Source: a virus
Lineage: Duplodnaviria; Caudoviricetes
Length of the DNA: 47,723 nucleotides
Virus record (IMG/VR): IMGVR_UViG_3300012940_000008
Coordinates: 1-47,723 of that record
Direction: 5' to 3' (one strand)
Both the position numbers and the translations under genes were made by a program. Positions 44,886 through 47,723 of this stretch are shown piece by piece. The notes under the pieces are model-generated. The model did no database searches. It had not been told where the DNA came from and saw only the letters and a list, made by a program, of their open reading frames with translations. Positions within the stretch are counted from its first letter, which is position 1; every line of letters begins with the position of its first letter.

Positions 44886-45244
44886 TCCTTCGTCTCCGCC
44901 ACGAAGGCCCGCCAACGGGCCTCGAGCTCTTCGTCGGAGAGGTTCCGGATCTCCTCCTCGAGCGCCTTCGTCTCCGCCTCGAGGACCTTCCGCCCCTGGG
45001 CCGCGGTGCGGGCGTGCTCCTCGAGCTCCCGGACCTTCGCCGCTCGAGCTGCCCGGTCCTGGGCCTCCCGCTGGGCCGCCTCGAGCTCCTCGAGGACCCG
45101 GGCGTCCTGGGCCCGCCGCTTCTTCCGGAGCCGCTCCTGGGCGGAGCTGTGGCCCAGGAGAGCGAAGGCGAGGACGGCGAGCCCGACGAGGACCGCCCAG
45201 GTCCCCGCGCCGAGCTCCCGGAGCTTCTTCCAGATCGCCTTCAT
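44882..45244 (-). CDS. Inner-membrane spanin-like protein
   Basis: N-terminal TM (TWAVLVGLAVLAFALLG) then long charged coiled coil. Confidence 0.65.
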   Translation of the reverse strand: MKAIWKKLRELGAGTWAVLVGLAVLAFALLGHSSAQERLRKKRRAQDARVLEELEAAQREAQDRAARAAKVRELEEHARTAAQGRKVLEAETKALEEEIRNLSDEELEARWRAFVAETKE

Positions 45245-45582
45245 GGCGTCCCGCCCTGGGGCGGAGCTCCGGCGGCGACCGCCTTCGTCTTCGCGGCGAT
45301 GTACGCCCGCACCCCCTTGTAGATCGCCGCCGAGAGGCCGCCCGCCAGGGCGAACCAAATCAGGCGACCGGCGAGGCCCGTCCCCATGCCCACCGGGACC
45401 GGGAGGTCGTCGGCGAAGCCGAAGAGGGCGCCGACGAGGATCGGATGGGCGAGGATGGTCCGGTGGTAGAAGCGACGCCACCCGGACCGGGAGGGGCCGA
45501 CCCCCCGGGCGATCACCTCGCCGACGATGGCGAGGAAGCAACCGACCGCCAGGAAAGAGAGAAGGTCCGAAAGCGTGACCAT
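45241..45582 (-). CDS. Putative holin
   Basis: 113 aa with three hydrophobic segments and basic C-terminus, right after endolysin. Confidence 0.65.
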   Translation of the reverse strand: MVTLSDLLSFLAVGCFLAIVGEVIARGVGPSRSGWRRFYHRTILAHPILVGALFGFADDLPVPVGMGTGLAGRLIWFALAGGLSAAIYKGVRAYIAAKTKAVAAGAPPQGGTP

Positions 45583-45590
45583 GGCGTGAC

Positions 45591-46079
45591 CTACCTTCCC
45601 GCCCGCTGCAAGCGGGCCCGAACCTGCCGCCGGAGCTCGTCCATATCGAGGTCCGGGCAGGTCTTGTGTTTGCCGTGCTCCGTCTCCCGGTGGCCCAGGA
45701 CGTTTTCGACCGGGACCCCGTAGGCGAGAGCCTTCCCGACGATCCAGTCGATCAGGGTGGAGAGCTGGCGCGTCGAGTATTTGCCGCCCTTCCCGATCAG
45801 GCAGATCCCCAGGCCCGAAGCGTTGAAGCCGTAGGCATGGGCGCCGACCTCCTCGTCGGTGTTCCCGTCGCCGTCGAGGTCTCGCCCGGGGAGGAGCTTC
45901 CCGTCGTGCTCCGGGTCGGGGCCGGTCCGGAGGTGGGCCGCGGTGGGGTAGGCGTTCCCGACGACCGCGTTGTAGCCGATCCCGTTCATCCCCCGCTCCC
46001 GATGCCAGGAGTCGATCAGGGCGACGTTGCCGAAGGGCGAGTCCGAACAATGGACGACGATGTGGGTGATCTTCCGCAT
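45591..46079 (-). CDS. Endolysin, N-acetylmuramoyl-L-alanine amidase (Amidase_2, T7 lysozyme-like)
   Basis: IVVHCS, I..WH..RG...IGY, GAHA.G.N, GICLIG, GHRE and K.CP motifs. Confidence 0.93.
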   Translation of the reverse strand: MRKITHIVVHCSDSPFGNVALIDSWHRERGMNGIGYNAVVGNAYPTAAHLRTGPDPEHDGKLLPGRDLDGDGNTDEEVGAHAYGFNASGLGICLIGKGGKYSTRQLSTLIDWIVGKALAYGVPVENVLGHRETEHGKHKTCPDLDMDELRRQVRARLQRAGR

Positions 46080-46176
46080 GGGGTCGAGCTCCTCTCGAGA
46101 AGAAGGCTCCCCGCGGCGGGCCCGGCGGGAGTGCCGGGGGAACGGTCGGGCCCGCCTGGGCCCGCCGGGGGAAGGG

Positions 46177-46440
46177 CTATGCCGCGTTCCGGCGGAGGGC
46201 GTCGGCGATCTCTTTGCCCAGGTCGTCCCGGGCTTCGAGGCGAACGATCCGCCGGTCGTGGTCGGCGAGGACCTCCGGGATCTTGTCGAGCTTCGAGAGC
46301 TCCCGGCGGACGATGCCGACGATCAAGGTCCCCAGGAGGCCCAGGGAGCCGAAGACGGCGAGAAGGATCAGGCCGACAAACCATCCGGGGATGGCGTTCG
46401 GGTCGACGGAGACGGACGCGAGAAGGGCGAGCGGTCCCAT
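46177..46440 (-). CDS. Small single-TM coiled-coil protein (holin/antiholin-like)
   Basis: TAATG coupling to fibre gene; TM followed by DHDRRIVRLE. Confidence 0.55.
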   Translation of the reverse strand: MGPLALLASVSVDPNAIPGWFVGLILLAVFGSLGLLGTLIVGIVRRELSKLDKIPEVLADHDRRIVRLEARDDLGKEIADALRRNAA

Positions 46441-47201
46441 TAGTGCAGGTCCACCCACGCGGTCCCGTTGTAGACGCGGACCTTCTTTGTGGTGCGGTCG
46501 AAGTAGATCGCGCCCTCGTCCGCGGTGGCGGGCTGGTCCTGGGGGATCAGGCGGAAGGCCGCCTTCTGCGGGTTGTTCGTCGGGAAACCCGCTTCGGCCT
46601 GGACGCCATAGCCGCCGCTCGAGAAGCCGCGGACGCCGGGACCGTTGACGCCCGACCCCTGGACGCCGGGGCCCGTCCCCTTCCCGATGCCATGGGCGCC
46701 GAGTCCGTTCGTCCCGCCGCCGGTGAAGCGACCGCCCTCGCCCCCGTTGCCGGAGCTCCCGCCCTGCCCGGTGACGCCGATCCCCGCCGCGGTCCCTCCG
46801 GTGCCGAAGACGCCGGTCGCTCCGTTCGTCCCGGTGCCGTAGACGCCGACGCCGGTATCGGTCCCGTCGCCCGACCCGCGGACGCCCACGCCGCCGCCGT
46901 TCCCGACGCCATGGATACCGTCGTGATCGGCGATTTCCGCGGAGGAGTAGAGGCCGCGGAAGGCGATTTCAGGCGAAGCCCGGGAGGCGAAATTGATCCG
47001 CGCCTCGAGGTCCGTCCGACGCTCGTCGATCCAGCGAATCCACCGACCGACGAGGTTCTTCCACCAATTGAAATTCTGCGCGGGAGGGGCCTCCGCGGGG
47101 GACCAACCAGATTCCACGCGAGAGGCGGGCGGGGCGACGATGGCGGAGGCAGGGTCCGCGGGGTTCGTCGCCCAATCGGGGTATTCGCTGGGCTGGGGCA
47201 T
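46440..47201 (-). CDS. Baseplate-attached tail fibre
   Basis: N-terminal P.WA...SGW...E.PPAQ.FNW anchor motif; Gly-rich GVxG repeats; follows DUF2612-like gene. Confidence 0.75.
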   Translation of the reverse strand: MPQPSEYPDWATNPADPASAIVAPPASRVESGWSPAEAPPAQNFNWWKNLVGRWIRWIDERRTDLEARINFASRASPEIAFRGLYSSAEIADHDGIHGVGNGGGVGVRGSGDGTDTGVGVYGTGTNGATGVFGTGGTAAGIGVTGQGGSSGNGGEGGRFTGGGTNGLGAHGIGKGTGPGVQGSGVNGPGVRGFSSGGYGVQAEAGFPTNNPQKAAFRLIPQDQPATADEGAIYFDRTTKKVRVYNGTAWVDLH

Positions 47202-47221
47202 GGCGAGCGCCTCCTTACCTG

Positions 47222-47723
47222 CTAGGCGGTGACGCCCCCGAACCTACCACCGATTGTGGGATCGGTGACACTCCCGAAGCCGTGCGCCGGGTCGACCTCC
47301 ACCGCCGCCGAGCTCGAGAAGGTGAACGTCGTCGCCGGGTCGACGGCGAGGTACTCGAGGAGGACCCGGACGCCCGCCGCCGCCGCCCGCCGGAAGAGCC
47401 GCATGTAGAACGCGGGCGGGAGGGGGAGCGCCCGATCCAGGACCCGGATCAGGGCGGTGGCGTGCGTCGAGGGGCCCAGGTCGTCCGCGTCGAGGAGCTC
47501 GAAGCCCCCGGCGCCGAAGAGCTGGGTCGCCATGACGAGGAGCTGCTCGCCGGTCCCGCTCGAGCGGAGGGAGAGGATCTCCACCGCCAGGAGGAGGCGG
47601 AAGGCCTGATCGTCGTTGGCGTCCCGCTCGAGGCCGACGACCCGCCCGATGGTGTCGAGCTGCTCTCCGGAGGAGGTGTCCAGCCATCGTTCGGTGAGGA
47701 GCTGCCAAAGCGCATCCTCGAGC
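47222..47723 (-). CDS. 3' part of baseplate wedge protein (DUF2612-like), starts at 338
   Basis: In-frame continuation DDQAFRLLLAVEI...AAAGV...FTF...GFG...GG.F. Confidence 0.8.
   Translation of the reverse strand, partial: LEDALWQLLTERWLDTSSGEQLDTIGRVVGLERDANDDQAFRLLLAVEILSLRSSGTGEQLLVMATQLFGAGGFELLDADDLGPSTHATALIRVLDRALPLPPAFYMRLFRRAAAAGVRVLLEYLAVDPATTFTFSSSAAVEVDPAHGFGSVTDPTIGGRFGGVTA
47601..47723. repeat. Right copy of 123-bp terminal direct repeat
   Basis: Identical to 1-123. Confidence 0.97.

Noticed and set aside
1-47600. CAGCAG/CTGCTG (EcoP15I site) polarisation
   Set aside because: CTGCTG appears a few times on + and I saw no CAGCAG, but the numbers are too small to judge by eye.
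1-47600. Stop-codon reassignment or diversity-generating retroelement
   Set aside because: Genes are intact under code 11 using all three stops; no reverse transcriptase or TR/VR repeat pair seen.
47601-47723. 123-bp terminal repeat as a physical genome end
   Set aside because: It lies inside a baseplate gene that reads through the junction, so it is best explained as assembler overlap of a circular or permuted genome.

Overview
The window is an apparently complete, very GC-rich (roughly 70%) tailed-phage genome. Bases 1-123 are repeated exactly at 47601-47723 and a baseplate gene reads through the junction, so the unit length is 47,600 bp (circular assembly). The - strand arm (about 44.4-47.7 kb continuing into 1-22.2 kb) carries a contractile-tail morphogenesis operon (terminase, DUF1073-type portal, DUF2184-type capsid, sheath, tube, tape measure, baseplate, fibres) and a lysis cassette. 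The + strand arm (22.3-44.4 kb) carries a primase-helicase next to an iteron-rich origin, a DNA methyltransferase, small early genes behind repeated promoter/operator/hairpin cassettes, a PD-(D/E)XK nuclease, an SF2 helicase, a family A DNA polymerase and a RuvC-like resolvase. I see no integrase, so it is probably lytic. A Cys-rich lipoprotein suggests a myxobacterial host (inference). The most striking signal is sequence architecture: CCGAG and RAGTC sit almost only on the + strand regardless of gene direction (I found no CTCGG and one GACTY on +), several GC-rich 6-bp palindromes seem absent, and CTCGAG/GAGCTC are heavily iterated. All counts are manual and all family names are from motif recognition, not database searches.
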